From: an uncultured SAR86 cluster bacterium
GTDB lineage: Bacteria; Pseudomonadota; Gammaproteobacteria; Magnimaribacterales; D2472
Reading direction: 5' to 3'
NCBI GenBank assembly: GCA_902623535.1
Contig: CACNUA010000002.1
Location: 74,222 to 138,221, forward strand
DNA: 64,000 bases
This document shows positions 42,931 to 53,187 of this stretch, in pieces. The position numbers were made by a program, and so were the translations under genes. The number at the start of each line of letters is the position of its first letter. The stretch's first letter is position 1. The notes under the pieces are model-generated. The model made no database searches and was not told the origin of the DNA. It was given only the letters and a program-made list of their open reading frames with translations.

Positions 42931-42978
42931 ATGTACGCATATTCTATTATTTTATCAATAATTACACAAATGTACGCA
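42931..42978. repeat. 9-bp direct repeat ATGTACGCA x2 (42931..42939 and 42970..42978)
   Basis: Read directly from the sequence, in the 138-bp spacer between the integrase-like fragment and the guaA stop. Confidence 0.7.
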
Positions 42979-43030
42979 CAAATTTATTAAAATATGTAAT
43001 TTTTATTAAGTTTAGCAAACTTTGTCAAAC

Positions 43031-43056
43031 GAAAACCATATAAGAATAGGGGTTTC
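43031..43056 (-). terminator. possible guaA terminator hairpin (GAAACC...GGTTT(T)C with one bulge)
   Basis: On the minus strand, GAAACCCC-tattcttatat-GGTTTTC followed by GTTTG, 12 nt after the guaA stop. The stem is imperfect and the T-tract is weak. Confidence 0.2.
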
Positions 43057-43067
43057 AGAGTATTTTG

Positions 43068-44648
43068 TTATTCCCACTCAATAGTGGCAGGTGGTTTGCC
43101 TGAAATGTCATAAACTACCCTGCTTACTCCTTCTAATTCATTTACGATTCTGTTTGATACTCTGCTTAAAAAGTCAAACGGTAGCTTTGACCATTCAGCA
43201 GTCATAAAGTCAACTGTCTTTACAGACCTTAAAGCTATAACATCTGCATAACGCCGCTCATCTCCAACTACACCAACAGATTTTACTGGCAGGTATACAC
43301 AAAATGCTTGGCTAACCTCATCATAAAAACCTTCCTTTTTTAATTCATCAATAAAAATTGAGTCTGCCTCTTGAAGTATGGAAATCTTTTCCTGATTTAT
43401 CTCACCCAATATTCTTACTCCTAGTCCAGGACCAGGGAAGGGATGTCTTTTAAGTATTTCATCGGGTAAGCCTAAGAGAGCACCCATTTTTCTGACCTCA
43501 TCTTTAAATAGGTCCCTGAGAGGTTCTACTAAATTCATCTTCATTTCTTCTGGTAAGCCACCTACGTTATGGTGTGACTTAATAATTCTTGCTTCTTTAG
43601 ATTCAGACTCAGATGATTCAATCACATCCGGATAAATTGTTCCTTGTGCTAAGAAACTTATCTCACTGGAAGCATGTAAATTTACTGATTCATTATCAAA
43701 AATATCTATGAAAGTCCTGCCAATTACTTTTCTTTTTTGCTCAGGATCAGTTACGCCCTTGAGGTGTCTTAAAAATGTTTTTTTTGCATCGACAACTTCA
43801 AGATTTAGATCAATTTTATTTTTAAAGAGATCTATCACCTCCTGGACTTCATTTTTTCTTAATAGGCCATTATCAACAAACATGCAAATTAGATTTTTAC
43901 CTATCGCTCTATCGAGCAACATAGCAGTAACAGATGAATCGACGCCTCCAGATAATCCTAACAAAACTTTTTTATCTCCAACTTGGGCTTTAATTTCCTT
44001 TATTCTTTGGTTAATTAAATCGTCTAATACCCATGTCTTTTTTGATTTACAAATTTCTATAGTGAAGTTTTCTATGATTTTTTGACCCTTATCTGTATGT
44101 GTTACTTCTGGATGGAATTGAAGAGCATAATAAGGCTTATCTTTATGTTCCATAGCCGCAATGGGCGCAGATTCAGTTGAAGCACTCAAGACAAAATCGT
44201 CAGGTAAGATTGAAACATGATCTCCATGACTCATCCAAACATCTAGATTACCAGTATCTAGACCATTAAAGATTTTTGATGAATGCTCGATCTTTAATTC
44301 TGCGAAACCAAACTCCTTCTTAGAGGAAGTTTGTACGCTTCCTCCATTTTGCTCTGCAAGTGTTTGCATCCCATAACAAATGCCGAGAATAGGAATATCT
44401 AAGTTAAAAATAATTTCTGGAATCCTTGGAGTATTTTCTTTAGTTACGGATTCAGGTCCTCCAGAAAGAATAACGCCCTTTGGACTTAATGAGGATATTT
44501 TATCTAGTGCAATATCCCATGGAAATATTTCTGAATATACTCCCAACTCTCTCACTCTTCTAGCTATTAATTGAGTATATTGAGATCCAAAGTCTAAAAC
44601 TAAAATAGTATCAAGATCTGACTTAGACAAAGTATTATTAATTCTCAT
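43068..44648 (-). CDS. guaA: GMP synthase (glutamine-hydrolysing)
   Basis: 526 aa. It has a class I GATase domain (ILGICYGMQ), an ATP-PPase loop ([11 protein letters not shown]) and the canonical C-terminus [10 protein letters not shown]. Confidence 0.95.
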   Translation of the reverse strand: MRINNTLSKSDLDTILVLDFGSQYTQLIARRVRELGVYSEIFPWDIALDKISSLSPKGVILSGGPESVTKENTPRIPEIIFNLDIPILGICYGMQTLAEQNGGSVQTSSKKEFGFAELKIEHSSKIFNGLDTGNLDVWMSHGDHVSILPDDFVLSASTESAPIAAMEHKDKPYYALQFHPEVTHTDKGQKIIENFTIEICKSKKTWVLDDLINQRIKEIKAQVGDKKVLLGLSGGVDSSVTAMLLDRAIGKNLICMFVDNGLLRKNEVQEVIDLFKNKIDLNLEVVDAKKTFLRHLKGVTDPEQKRKVIGRTFIDIFDNESVNLHASSEISFLAQGTIYPDVIESSESESKEARIIKSHHNVGGLPEEMKMNLVEPLRDLFKDEVRKMGALLGLPDEILKRHPFPGPGLGVRILGEINQEKISILQEADSIFIDELKKEGFYDEVSQAFCVYLPVKSVGVVGDERRYADVIALRSVKTVDFMTAEWSKLPFDFLSRVSNRIVNELEGVSRVVYDISGKPPATIEWE

Positions 44649-45211
44649 TCTACAAGATGAGATATTTGATCGATTAGCTTAGAAACTTCAGGTTTATTAT
44701 TCTTAATTTCTTGTAGTGATAGCCCTTCAAGTTCATGCGGAAATACTAACCATTTATCAGTCTCGTAAAGGTAATAATCTGGTTTTCTTTCTGTTTTATT
44801 TTTTGATGGCTTAAAATAAGGTGTTGCAACTCTTATTTCTGGCGTATTTTTTTTACAAGCGAACTTAAGGTCAGAAATTATCTTTTCAATTGAGATGCCA
44901 GTGTCATGAACGTCATCAACTATAAGCAGCGAATCTTCAGATTCAACTTGCTTGATAATATAGTTAAGTCCATATACTTGAACTTCATTTTCTTTTTGAT
45001 TGATAGCTTTATAGTGAGAGGTTCTGATGGCAATGTGATCTGAAGTAACGCCTAGGACGCTCAAAAGTTCTTGAACAGCAATTCCTATAGGGGCTCCGCC
45101 TCTCCAAACACCAATAATATAATTCGGTCTGTAACCATCCTCATAGACTTCCAAAGCTAGGTTAAATGAGTCCTGAATAAGATCTTCGGCTCTAATAAAA
45201 TGCTTTTCCAT
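44645..45211 (-). CDS. phosphoribosyltransferase family protein (purine PRTase-like)
   Basis: 188 aa with the PRPP-binding motif [15 protein letters not shown]. It has a 4-nt ATGA overlap with guaA. Base specificity cannot be determined by eye. Confidence 0.7.
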   Translation of the reverse strand: MEKHFIRAEDLIQDSFNLALEVYEDGYRPNYIIGVWRGGAPIGIAVQELLSVLGVTSDHIAIRTSHYKAINQKENEVQVYGLNYIIKQVESEDSLLIVDDVHDTGISIEKIISDLKFACKKNTPEIRVATPYFKPSKNKTERKPDYYLYETDKWLVFPHELEGLSLQEIKNNKPEVSKLIDQISHLVE

Positions 45212-45263
45212 GGCTAATTATATATTGATAACCAGGAAATTTAAGAGTAGAGCTGTATAACTT

Positions 45264-47600
45264 TTAGTAATTCATGCTCAATCTAAGCATATATTGTCTT
45301 GGTGGAATTAATTCTAAACCAGTAGCTGCAACTCCAAACACATCTGTCATACTGGAATTAACTCCATCTTCATCAGTTGCATTCAGGATCATAAAATCTA
45401 ATCCCCATTTATCACCAACAAAATCAAATCCTAAAGTAAAATTAATAAGTTCATATGAATCAATAGCATCAACTGCTGGATTGTTAGAGACTCGCTGTTG
45501 AAAGTCACCTCTATGAATAAACTGAAAAATACTTGTAACCAATGTTCCAGATGGCAACGATCTTTCATAGGTCAAGTTTATATCTGCGGTGAATTCAGGA
45601 CTTTTTGCTAGTTCATTTCCTTTAACATTCTCACGAAGACTATATCTAAGATCTTCCTGGCCAAAGAAATATTGATAAGCATCAACATTATCAAGAACCA
45701 TGTAGTCAGAAGTTACTTCTGAATCTAAAAAAGCTAAATTCATATCAAATGTTAAGGAATCAGAGACTAAGCTCTTAAGTTCAACTTCGAAACCAGACAT
45801 TTCTGACTCAGGAATGTTTGCAACTCCACCACGATATGGATCAGGATCTGTAGCCTGGAACTGAAGGTTATCATAGGTATAGGTAAAGTATGCAAGGTTT
45901 GCACGTGTCCTACTCTCATTAAGGTCTGCTTTGAGGCCAATCTCAATAGAATCTACAGTCTCTGCTTCAAAGGTTGGAAAAACTAGTGCGGGTGCCACCG
46001 GTCTTCCAGCTTCTAAATCTTGAGCTTCAGTGAATCCAAAAGTGAGGTTAGATCCGCCTGGTTTGAAGCCTCTAGTGAATGAGAGGTATGCCATTGAGGA
46101 ATCACTTAAATCTCTCTCTCCAGTGAGCCTCCAGGTTGTCTCATCATTGGTTCCCTTTTCTTGAAAACTTTCAACATTGAAAAAGTTTGTCACGTCAGTT
46201 GTAAAAGTATCTTCAGAATACCTTAAGCCTGAAATTAAACGTGAATTCTCACTTAAACTGTAAGTAATCTGTCCGTATACAGAATAAGATTCTCTCGATG
46301 GAAAAGCATCGGTCACAAAATCCCAATCTGCTCCAAAGACATCAAACCTTCCAGGAATTCCAAAGTCATGTGTATAACAGTAATCAGACGAAGCAAAACT
46401 TTCACTGCACAAATACCTCAGCTGGCCTGTAAGATCATTATCTCTGTAACCGCGAATAACATTTTCAATTTCATGCTCCATGTAGAAGGCACCAATAGTC
46501 CAATCTAGTTTGCCTTCCATTGCTGGTTCGTTTGAGATTAAGTTAATTTCAAAAGTAGTAGTATCAGCTAGAGACGTTTCAGGATTAAATTCAGCTCGTT
46601 GATAAACTGCACCAGAGCCAAGACCAGGTATCGATAGAACAAGGTCGCCAAAATTATGTCTATCATTATCTCTTACAACCAATATGTCGTCCTCTTGAAT
46701 ACTAGCCATTATTTTTAAAGTAGCAAAGTCAAGGTCTGCCTCATAAATACCTGCAATAATTGATGAGGTAAGCTCATGCTTTGAAACAGTATCCTGAGAA
46801 AGCTTTCTTAAATCTGGTGTAGGATCATCTATTCCTCTCATAGCGGAACCATTTCGATCTACATCAAAATATTGAGCAAAGAGTCTTAGAGAAGATGTCT
46901 CACTTAACTCAAACATTAAATCTGTTCTGAAGCTTATGTTGCTCGCATCATCCAATTCTTGACCAGTAAAAACATTCTTACTGAAGCCATCTCTTTCTGT
47001 CACTGAGATTGCAAATCTTGCAGCTGATGACTTTGATAAAGGGATGTTGCTTGAAGAGCGGAACTTTACAAGTCCATAGTTACCAAAACTTAAATCATAT
47101 TTACCCGATCTCTCATCGAGTATAGGTTTTTTACTTATTACATTAATGGCACCACCAGTAGAATTTTGGCCAAACAAGGTTCCTTGAGGCCCCCTTAAAA
47201 CTTCAATTCTGTCTACATCTATAAAATCAGTTTGCAGAGAAAAGGGAGAGGCTATAAAAATACCATCCATGTGAAAAGCAACCGAAGGGGCTGCGATTGC
47301 GTTTTGATTGGTTTCATTTCCAACACCTCTTATAGATATTACCGTCTTATAACCTTCATTCTTTGCGACAGTTACTCCTGGAACAATTGCACTAAGATCT
47401 ACAAAAGAGGTAATGTTTTTATTTTCTATATCCTCATCGCTTATTGCTGTAACCGCTTGTGATATGTCTTGCAAGCTTTCACTTCTCTTCTCAGCAGTTA
47501 CGAATACTTCTTCTATAAAACTATCCTGTGCACTCAGACCTATACAGCCAAAAAGAAGTGTAAAAAACTTAAAACTTTTTAGATAACTTTTTGATTTCAT
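45264..47600 (-). CDS. TonB-dependent outer-membrane receptor
   Basis: 778 aa with a signal peptide, a TonB-box/plug region (EEVFVTAEKRSESLQDISQAVTAI...IEVLRGPQGTLFGQNSTGGAINV) and a beta-barrel C-terminus ending in an aromatic residue (LSMNY). Confidence 0.9.
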   Translation of the reverse strand: MKSKSYLKSFKFFTLLFGCIGLSAQDSFIEEVFVTAEKRSESLQDISQAVTAISDEDIENKNITSFVDLSAIVPGVTVAKNEGYKTVISIRGVGNETNQNAIAAPSVAFHMDGIFIASPFSLQTDFIDVDRIEVLRGPQGTLFGQNSTGGAINVISKKPILDERSGKYDLSFGNYGLVKFRSSSNIPLSKSSAARFAISVTERDGFSKNVFTGQELDDASNISFRTDLMFELSETSSLRLFAQYFDVDRNGSAMRGIDDPTPDLRKLSQDTVSKHELTSSIIAGIYEADLDFATLKIMASIQEDDILVVRDNDRHNFGDLVLSIPGLGSGAVYQRAEFNPETSLADTTTFEINLISNEPAMEGKLDWTIGAFYMEHEIENVIRGYRDNDLTGQLRYLCSESFASSDYCYTHDFGIPGRFDVFGADWDFVTDAFPSRESYSVYGQITYSLSENSRLISGLRYSEDTFTTDVTNFFNVESFQEKGTNDETTWRLTGERDLSDSSMAYLSFTRGFKPGGSNLTFGFTEAQDLEAGRPVAPALVFPTFEAETVDSIEIGLKADLNESRTRANLAYFTYTYDNLQFQATDPDPYRGGVANIPESEMSGFEVELKSLVSDSLTFDMNLAFLDSEVTSDYMVLDNVDAYQYFFGQEDLRYSLRENVKGNELAKSPEFTADINLTYERSLPSGTLVTSIFQFIHRGDFQQRVSNNPAVDAIDSYELINFTLGFDFVGDKWGLDFMILNATDEDGVNSSMTDVFGVAATGLELIPPRQYMLRLSMNY

Positions 47601-47803
47601 AATTTTTTTAATCCCTTATTAAAGAAAATGTTCTCATATAATATTGATGCAATATTAATGCCATTTTTTGTTAGATAATTTTTAAAATTTGGAACCTTGA
47701 AAAGTATGAGAGATTTACTTTTGGTTGTTAAATGCATTTAAAAGCTATAACAAAAATATAGTATAAGTTGTAAACTTAATTTTTAAATACCTTTTAATAA
47801 AAA

Positions 47804-49093
47804 ATGCTGGAAAAAATCTTCAAATTAAAAAATTTTAATACAGATTTTAAAAGTGAGGTTCTTGCAGGCATTACTACATTCATAACCATGGCATACATTA
47901 TCTTTGTAAATCCACAAATGATGGCTGCAAGTGGCATGGATATTGGTGCCAGTTTCGTTGGAACATGTATTGCTGCTTCTATTGCCTGTATTGCAATGGG
48001 AGTATATGCAAATTGGCCTGTTGGTTTAGCGCCCGGCATGGGTCTAAATGCATTTTTTACCTACACAGTAGTTTCTGAGATGGGTTACTCATGGGAAGTG
48101 GCTTTAGGTGCAGTATTTCTAGCTGGAATTCTATTTTTTATAATGAGTGTAACGCCACTTAGGCAATGGATGTTAGAGAGTATTCCTTTCAATTTACGAA
48201 TTGCAATGGGTGCTGGTGTTGGTCTATTCATTGGGATTATTGGTCTTAAAAGTGGCGGGATAATTATTTCAAATGAAGCCACCCTCCTTACCATGGGTGA
48301 TCTTACAAAGCCCGAAACAATTTTAGCAATGGTGGGTTTTTTAGTAATTGCAGTGCTTTCAATCCGCAAAATACCAGGCGCCATTGTCATAGGAATATTT
48401 CTAGTGACTTCCATAGCTCTAGCTCTAGATCTAATTAAATTTAATGGGATTGTTTCATCACCCCCCTCATTAATGCCTGTTTTGTTGAAACTTGAAATTT
48501 CTAAAGCCTTTGATTTAGCCATGATAAGTATCATTATGTCCTTTCTCTTTGTTAACTTATTCGATACAGCTGGAACCCTTGTTGGAGTTGCTAACCAAGC
48601 TAGACTTATTAACGCTGATGGTGATATTGATAATTTAGATAGAGCACTGAAAGCTGATAGTAGTTCAAGTGCTATTGGTTCTTTATTTGGATGCTCTCCT
48701 GTAACTAGTTACGTTGAAAGCTCTGCTGGAATAGAGGCTGGTGGAAGAACTGGTTTAACTGCGGTTACTGTTGGAATTTTGTTTCTTTTGGCAATATTTT
48801 TTGCTCCACTAGCTACAATGATTCCTGCTTATGCAACATCTGGTGCATTGATCTACGTAGCAATATTGATGCTAGGAAGCATGGAAAAACTGAATTGGTC
48901 TGATTTAAGCGACCTACTGCCGGCTCTTGTAATAATTGTAATGATGCCATTAACCTTTTCAATCGCCAATGGTATAGCACTAGGATTTTTATCTTATGTG
49001 ATAATAAAAATTTTTTCAGGACAACTTAAAGCTATTTCCTCAGGAGCATGGTTTCTTACAATAATCTTTTTATCAAAATTTATTTTTTTATAA
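47804..49093 (+). CDS. NCS2-family nucleobase permease (adenine/guanine/hypoxanthine type)
   Basis: 429 aa, polytopic. The N-terminal FKSEVLAGITTFITMAYIIFVNPQ is typical of the AzgA/PurP/PbuG group. Confidence 0.85.
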   Translation: MLEKIFKLKNFNTDFKSEVLAGITTFITMAYIIFVNPQMMAASGMDIGASFVGTCIAASIACIAMGVYANWPVGLAPGMGLNAFFTYTVVSEMGYSWEVALGAVFLAGILFFIMSVTPLRQWMLESIPFNLRIAMGAGVGLFIGIIGLKSGGIIISNEATLLTMGDLTKPETILAMVGFLVIAVLSIRKIPGAIVIGIFLVTSIALALDLIKFNGIVSSPPSLMPVLLKLEISKAFDLAMISIIMSFLFVNLFDTAGTLVGVANQARLINADGDIDNLDRALKADSSSSAIGSLFGCSPVTSYVESSAGIEAGGRTGLTAVTVGILFLLAIFFAPLATMIPAYATSGALIYVAILMLGSMEKLNWSDLSDLLPALVIIVMMPLTFSIANGIALGFLSYVIIKIFSGQLKAISSGAWFLTIIFLSKFIFL

Positions 49094-49094
49094 A

Positions 49095-50558
49095 CTAGCT
49101 TCTTTGATAATTTGGAGCTTCTTTGGTGATCATGACGTCATGAACATGACTTTCCATCATCCCAGCATTAGTTACCTCAATGAATTCTGTTTCAGTTTGC
49201 ATCGATTCTATGGTTTTGCATCCAACGTATCCCATGCTTTGACGCAGCCCACCCTCAAACTGATCTAAAACTTTAACTACAACGCCTTTATAAGGCACCC
49301 TGCCTTCAACTCCTTCAGGAACAAGCTTTTCTGCCTCGACCTTATCTTGAGAATATCTATTTGCATCGTTTCTTTCTGACATTGCACCCAAAGAACCCAT
49401 TCCTCTATAAGTTTTAAAGCTTCTACCTTGATAAAGTTCTATTTCGCCTGGAGCTTCTTCTGTACCTGCCAACATACTGCCAAGCATTACTGAGGATGCG
49501 CCAGCAGCAATTGCTTTTGCTAAATCGCCTGAAAATCTTATGCCGCCATCAGCAATTAATGGTGTTGTTGAATTTTTCATAGCATTTTTTATTGATAATA
49601 TTGCTGTAATTTGAGGGACGCCCATTCCAGCAATGATTCTCGTAGTGCATATGGAACCAGGACCCATGCCTATCTTTATTGCATCTGCTCCAGCTTCATC
49701 CAAAGCAACAGCACCATCAGGTGTTGCAACATTTCCAGCAATCACTTGAACATCTTTAAAGTTATTTTTTAAAAGTTTGATTGTTTCAATAACATTTTTT
49801 GAATGGCCGTGAGCTGAATCTACAACAAATACATCTACGCCCATTTCATTGAGGGCTTCTGCCCTATCCAGTGTATCAGTTCCTGTTCCTAAAGCAGCGG
49901 CAACCAGCAACTGTCCAGAGGTATCTTTGGTTGCCAGGGGGAATTCAGCAGACTTATCTATGTCCTTCATGGTAACCAGTCCAGAAAGACTGCCAGCTTT
50001 ATCAAGCACTAATACCTTTTCAATACGGTTCTGGTACATTAATTTTTTTACTTCATCTTGATCAGTTCCCTCATTAACAGTAATTAATCTCTCAAGTGGA
50101 GTCATGATAGAACTTACAGATTCATTTAAATTATCTGCATACCTAAAATCTCTAGAAGTAACGATGCCTTTTAAAACTCCATTATCAACAACTGGCATAC
50201 CAGAGATATTGAGTTCACTTGTTAGCTTAACTAAGTCTTCGATGGATTGAGTTGACTCAATTGTTATCGGATCTTTAACAATTCCACTCTCATATTTCTT
50301 GACTGTTCGAACATAGGCGGCCTGATCTTCAACGGTGTTGTTTTTGTGTATAACACCGATGCCTCCACTTTCAGCCATAGCAATTGCCATTCTGGATTCA
50401 GTTACTGTATCCATTGCAGCTGAAATTATTGGGAGGTTTAGAGATATTTCTCTAGTGAGGTTTGTTCTTAAAGAAGCTTCTTTTGGAGTAAAGTCGGAGT
50501 ATCTTGGTAAAAGCAAGACATCATCATACGTAAGGGCTTTGAATTTGATCTTTTCCAT
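49095..50558 (-). CDS. guaB: IMP dehydrogenase
   Basis: 487 aa. [10 protein letters not shown] at the N-terminus, tandem CBS domains, the catalytic loop [11 protein letters not shown] and GGIRFSGD. Confidence 0.95.
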   Translation of the reverse strand: MEKIKFKALTYDDVLLLPRYSDFTPKEASLRTNLTREISLNLPIISAAMDTVTESRMAIAMAESGGIGVIHKNNTVEDQAAYVRTVKKYESGIVKDPITIESTQSIEDLVKLTSELNISGMPVVDNGVLKGIVTSRDFRYADNLNESVSSIMTPLERLITVNEGTDQDEVKKLMYQNRIEKVLVLDKAGSLSGLVTMKDIDKSAEFPLATKDTSGQLLVAAALGTGTDTLDRAEALNEMGVDVFVVDSAHGHSKNVIETIKLLKNNFKDVQVIAGNVATPDGAVALDEAGADAIKIGMGPGSICTTRIIAGMGVPQITAILSIKNAMKNSTTPLIADGGIRFSGDLAKAIAAGASSVMLGSMLAGTEEAPGEIELYQGRSFKTYRGMGSLGAMSERNDANRYSQDKVEAEKLVPEGVEGRVPYKGVVVKVLDQFEGGLRQSMGYVGCKTIESMQTETEFIEVTNAGMMESHVHDVMITKEAPNYQRS

Positions 50559-50608
50559 ATGGAATTATACTTTTAGGGAAAAGAAAAAACAAAAATAACT
50601 CTATGAAG

Positions 50609-50944
50609 TTAGTTGATCAGTGTTTCAGTTTTGGCTGCACAAATAAAGTCATTCATGTGTAAGCCTTTAATCTTGTGTGACCACCATTGGACTCTTACCG
50701 AACCCCACTCTAATAAAATTGATGGATGGTGATCTTCGTCTTCCGCTAATTTCGCTATGTCTGTGGCAAACTTGACCGAGTCTTCATAGTTATCAAATGA
50801 ATAGGTTTTAGAGAGTATATTTATATCTTCATAAATAATTTCCCAGCCATCAAGATCCTTTAAAAGTTCAGTAAATCTTTTTTTATCTACCAATGGAGCA
50901 TCGATCGTGCACGCTTCACACTTTTGTTTTGTTAGATCCGTCAA
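50609..50944 (-). CDS. phhB: 4a-hydroxytetrahydrobiopterin (pterin-4-alpha-carbinolamine) dehydratase
   Basis: 111 aa with the EDHHPSILLEWGSVRVQWWSH PCD signature. Confidence 0.85.
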   Translation of the reverse strand: MTDLTKQKCEACTIDAPLVDKKRFTELLKDLDGWEIIYEDINILSKTYSFDNYEDSVKFATDIAKLAEDEDHHPSILLEWGSVRVQWWSHKIKGLHMNDFICAAKTETLIN

Positions 50945-52330
50945 TTAAATGCCGCCTTTGGTAAGCTTTTTTGGATCTAATATTGAATTTAATCTATTAA
51001 TTGATATCCCTGTCTCTTCATGAGCTACATCAATTATGGGTCTATTTTCCTTGTAAGCTTTTTTAGCAATCAACGCAGCCTTTTCATAGCCAATTTCTCT
51101 ATTTAGAGCAGTAACTAAAATAGGATTTTTAGATAATTGTTTTTCGATATTTTTTTTATTGACCCTAAAAGTTTTGATTCCTTTTGAAGCCAACAAAGTA
51201 CATGAGTTAGCTGCAAGAGTAATACTTTTAAGCAAGTTATATGCGATGACAGGCAACATAACATTCAATTGAAAGTTTCCAGCTTGATTGGCATAAGAAA
51301 CAGTCAAATCATTTCCTAATATATCAGCCGAAGCCATCATGACCGATTCACTTACGACAGGATTAACCTTTCCAGGCATGATGCTGCTTCCTGGCTGAAG
51401 AGCCTGAAGTTCAATTTCACCTAAACCAGTCAGTGGACCACTATTCATCCATCGCAAGTCATTTGAGATTTTTAAAAGCACTAATGCCAAGTTCTTTACT
51501 GCACTAGACATATTTGTAGCAGCATCTTGACTGCTAAGAGATTTAAAATAATTTCTTGATGACTTAAATTTTGTCTTTGTCAGTTTTGAAACCTCAATAG
51601 CGAAAATATTTCCAAAATTCTTAGGTGCATTAATTCCAGTTCCTATTGCTGTGCCCCCTTGAGGCAATGATTTTAAACCATCAGCCGCTAGCTTAATTTG
51701 CTTGTACTGATCACTTAACTGAGCAGCCCAACCTGATAGTTCTTGCGCCATATCGATGGGCATAGCATCCATAAGATGAGTTCTGCCAGTTTTAACTACG
51801 CCCTTAACTTTGAGTTCCTTAGATTTTATTTGGTTTATAAGGCTTTTTAAGGATGGTAATAAGAGCCTTTCAACATCAAGCAAAGCAGAAATATGAATTG
51901 CTGTTGGAATAACATCATTACTGCTCTGACTCATATTTACATCATCATTTGGATGTATCGATGTTTTACCTTTTTTTGATGCAATAGTTGCCATGACCTC
52001 ATTTGCATTCATATTTGTGCTTGTTCCTGAACCTGTTTGGAAAATATCTAAAGGAAATTGATCATCATACTTGCCATCAATAATCTCTTTTGCTGCATAC
52101 TTTATAAGTTTTGATTTACTTGATGGTAGCAATTTTAATGCCACATTAGAGCTAGCTGCAGCGTGTTTAATTATTCCAAGTGCCTCTATGAAAGATCTTC
52201 CAAAAGGAAATGCAAACTTAATTCCGCTGATTTGGAAATTATCCAATGCTCTTTGCGTTTGAGCACCCCAAAGAGCGGTTGATGGCACCTTAACTTCACC
52301 AAGAGAGTCTTTTTCTATTCTATATTTCAT
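50945..52330 (-). CDS. fumC: class II fumarate hydratase
   Basis: 461 aa. EKDSLGEVKVPSTALWGAQTQRA (FumC-type rather than AspA-type N-terminus) and the GSSIMPGKVNP signature. Confidence 0.9.
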   Translation of the reverse strand: MKYRIEKDSLGEVKVPSTALWGAQTQRALDNFQISGIKFAFPFGRSFIEALGIIKHAAASSNVALKLLPSSKSKLIKYAAKEIIDGKYDDQFPLDIFQTGSGTSTNMNANEVMATIASKKGKTSIHPNDDVNMSQSSNDVIPTAIHISALLDVERLLLPSLKSLINQIKSKELKVKGVVKTGRTHLMDAMPIDMAQELSGWAAQLSDQYKQIKLAADGLKSLPQGGTAIGTGINAPKNFGNIFAIEVSKLTKTKFKSSRNYFKSLSSQDAATNMSSAVKNLALVLLKISNDLRWMNSGPLTGLGEIELQALQPGSSIMPGKVNPVVSESVMMASADILGNDLTVSYANQAGNFQLNVMLPVIAYNLLKSITLAANSCTLLASKGIKTFRVNKKNIEKQLSKNPILVTALNREIGYEKAALIAKKAYKENRPIIDVAHEETGISINRLNSILDPKKLTKGGI

Positions 52331-52377
52331 ATCCGCCTCGATTTGGTTAAACTATTTTACACTCTGGAGAAAGAATT

Positions 52378-53187
52378 ATGGCAAAAGTTTCACCTTTAAG
52401 GATTGATACTGAATTAGGAAAATTACCCTTAAAAGATAAGGGGCTTGAAATGGTTGAATTTGAATCTCCGACTGAGTTAAGAAGAAACCAGCTTGAAAAA
52501 CTGGTCGCTGGCTTTAGATTGTTCTCATGTTTTGGCTATGATGAAGGAGTTGCTGGGCATATTACTTTTAGAGATCCTGAATTTAGTGATCATTTTTGGG
52601 TGAATCCTCTGGGAGTTCACTTCAGTCAAATTAAAATATCTGATCTATTACTAGTAAATCATGATGGTGAAGTAGTTCAAGGTAATAGGCCTGTCAATGT
52701 CGCGGCTTTTGCAATACATTCAAGACTTCATAAAGCCAGACCTGATGTTAATGCAGCAGCTCATTCACATTCAATGTATGGAAGAACCTTCTCATCTCTT
52801 GGCAAGTTACTTGATCCAATCACTCAAGATTCGTGTGCTTTTTATGAAAGACAAGCAATGTACGATCATTTTTCTGGTGTGGTAGAAGAAACTGAGGAAG
52901 GTGATAGAATTGCAAATTCTCTAGGAGATAAGCAAGTAATTATCTTGAAGAATCATGGAATTTTGACTACTGGTAGCTCTGTAGATATAGCTCTTTGGTA
53001 CTTTTTATCTATGGAAAAATGCTGTCAGTCCCAACTGATGGCAGAAGCAGCAGGAAAACCAACTTTGATTCCTCATGAAGTAGCAATTAAAACCAGAGGT
53101 TTTATTGCTAACGATGTTGCTTTATGGGCAAGCTTTCAACCACTGTTTGATATGATTGTAAGTTCGCAGCCTGATCTTTTAGATTAA
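52378..53187 (+). CDS. class II aldolase/adducin family protein
   Basis: 269 aa with AGHITFRD, a metal-binding AAAHSHSMYG and LKNHGILTTG. Confidence 0.8.
   Translation: MAKVSPLRIDTELGKLPLKDKGLEMVEFESPTELRRNQLEKLVAGFRLFSCFGYDEGVAGHITFRDPEFSDHFWVNPLGVHFSQIKISDLLLVNHDGEVVQGNRPVNVAAFAIHSRLHKARPDVNAAAHSHSMYGRTFSSLGKLLDPITQDSCAFYERQAMYDHFSGVVEETEEGDRIANSLGDKQVIILKNHGILTTGSSVDIALWYFLSMEKCCQSQLMAEAAGKPTLIPHEVAIKTRGFIANDVALWASFQPLFDMIVSSQPDLLD

Noticed and set aside
47640-47656. AATATT-N5-AATATT symmetric element in the receptor/permease divergent region.
   Set aside because: AATATT is self-complementary and very common in DNA this AT-rich, so there is no basis to distinguish it from background without comparative data.
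47628-47678. 16-codon mini-ORF (MFSYNIDAILMPFFVR) in the permease leader, considered as a possible leader peptide.
   Set aside because: There is no obvious SD, no run of regulatory codons and no adjacent alternative hairpins that I could find. ORFs of this size are expected by chance in 200 bp.
47601-47803. Possible purine riboswitch or PurR box in the 203-bp leader upstream of the NCS2 nucleobase permease.
   Set aside because: I looked for the conserved purine-riboswitch junction elements (UAUAAU...GUUUCUACC...GACUAUG-type P1/J2-3/J3-1 arrangement) and for an ACGCAAACGTTTGCGT-like PurR box and could not find either. A covariance-model scan (Rfam RF00167 and others) would be decisive.
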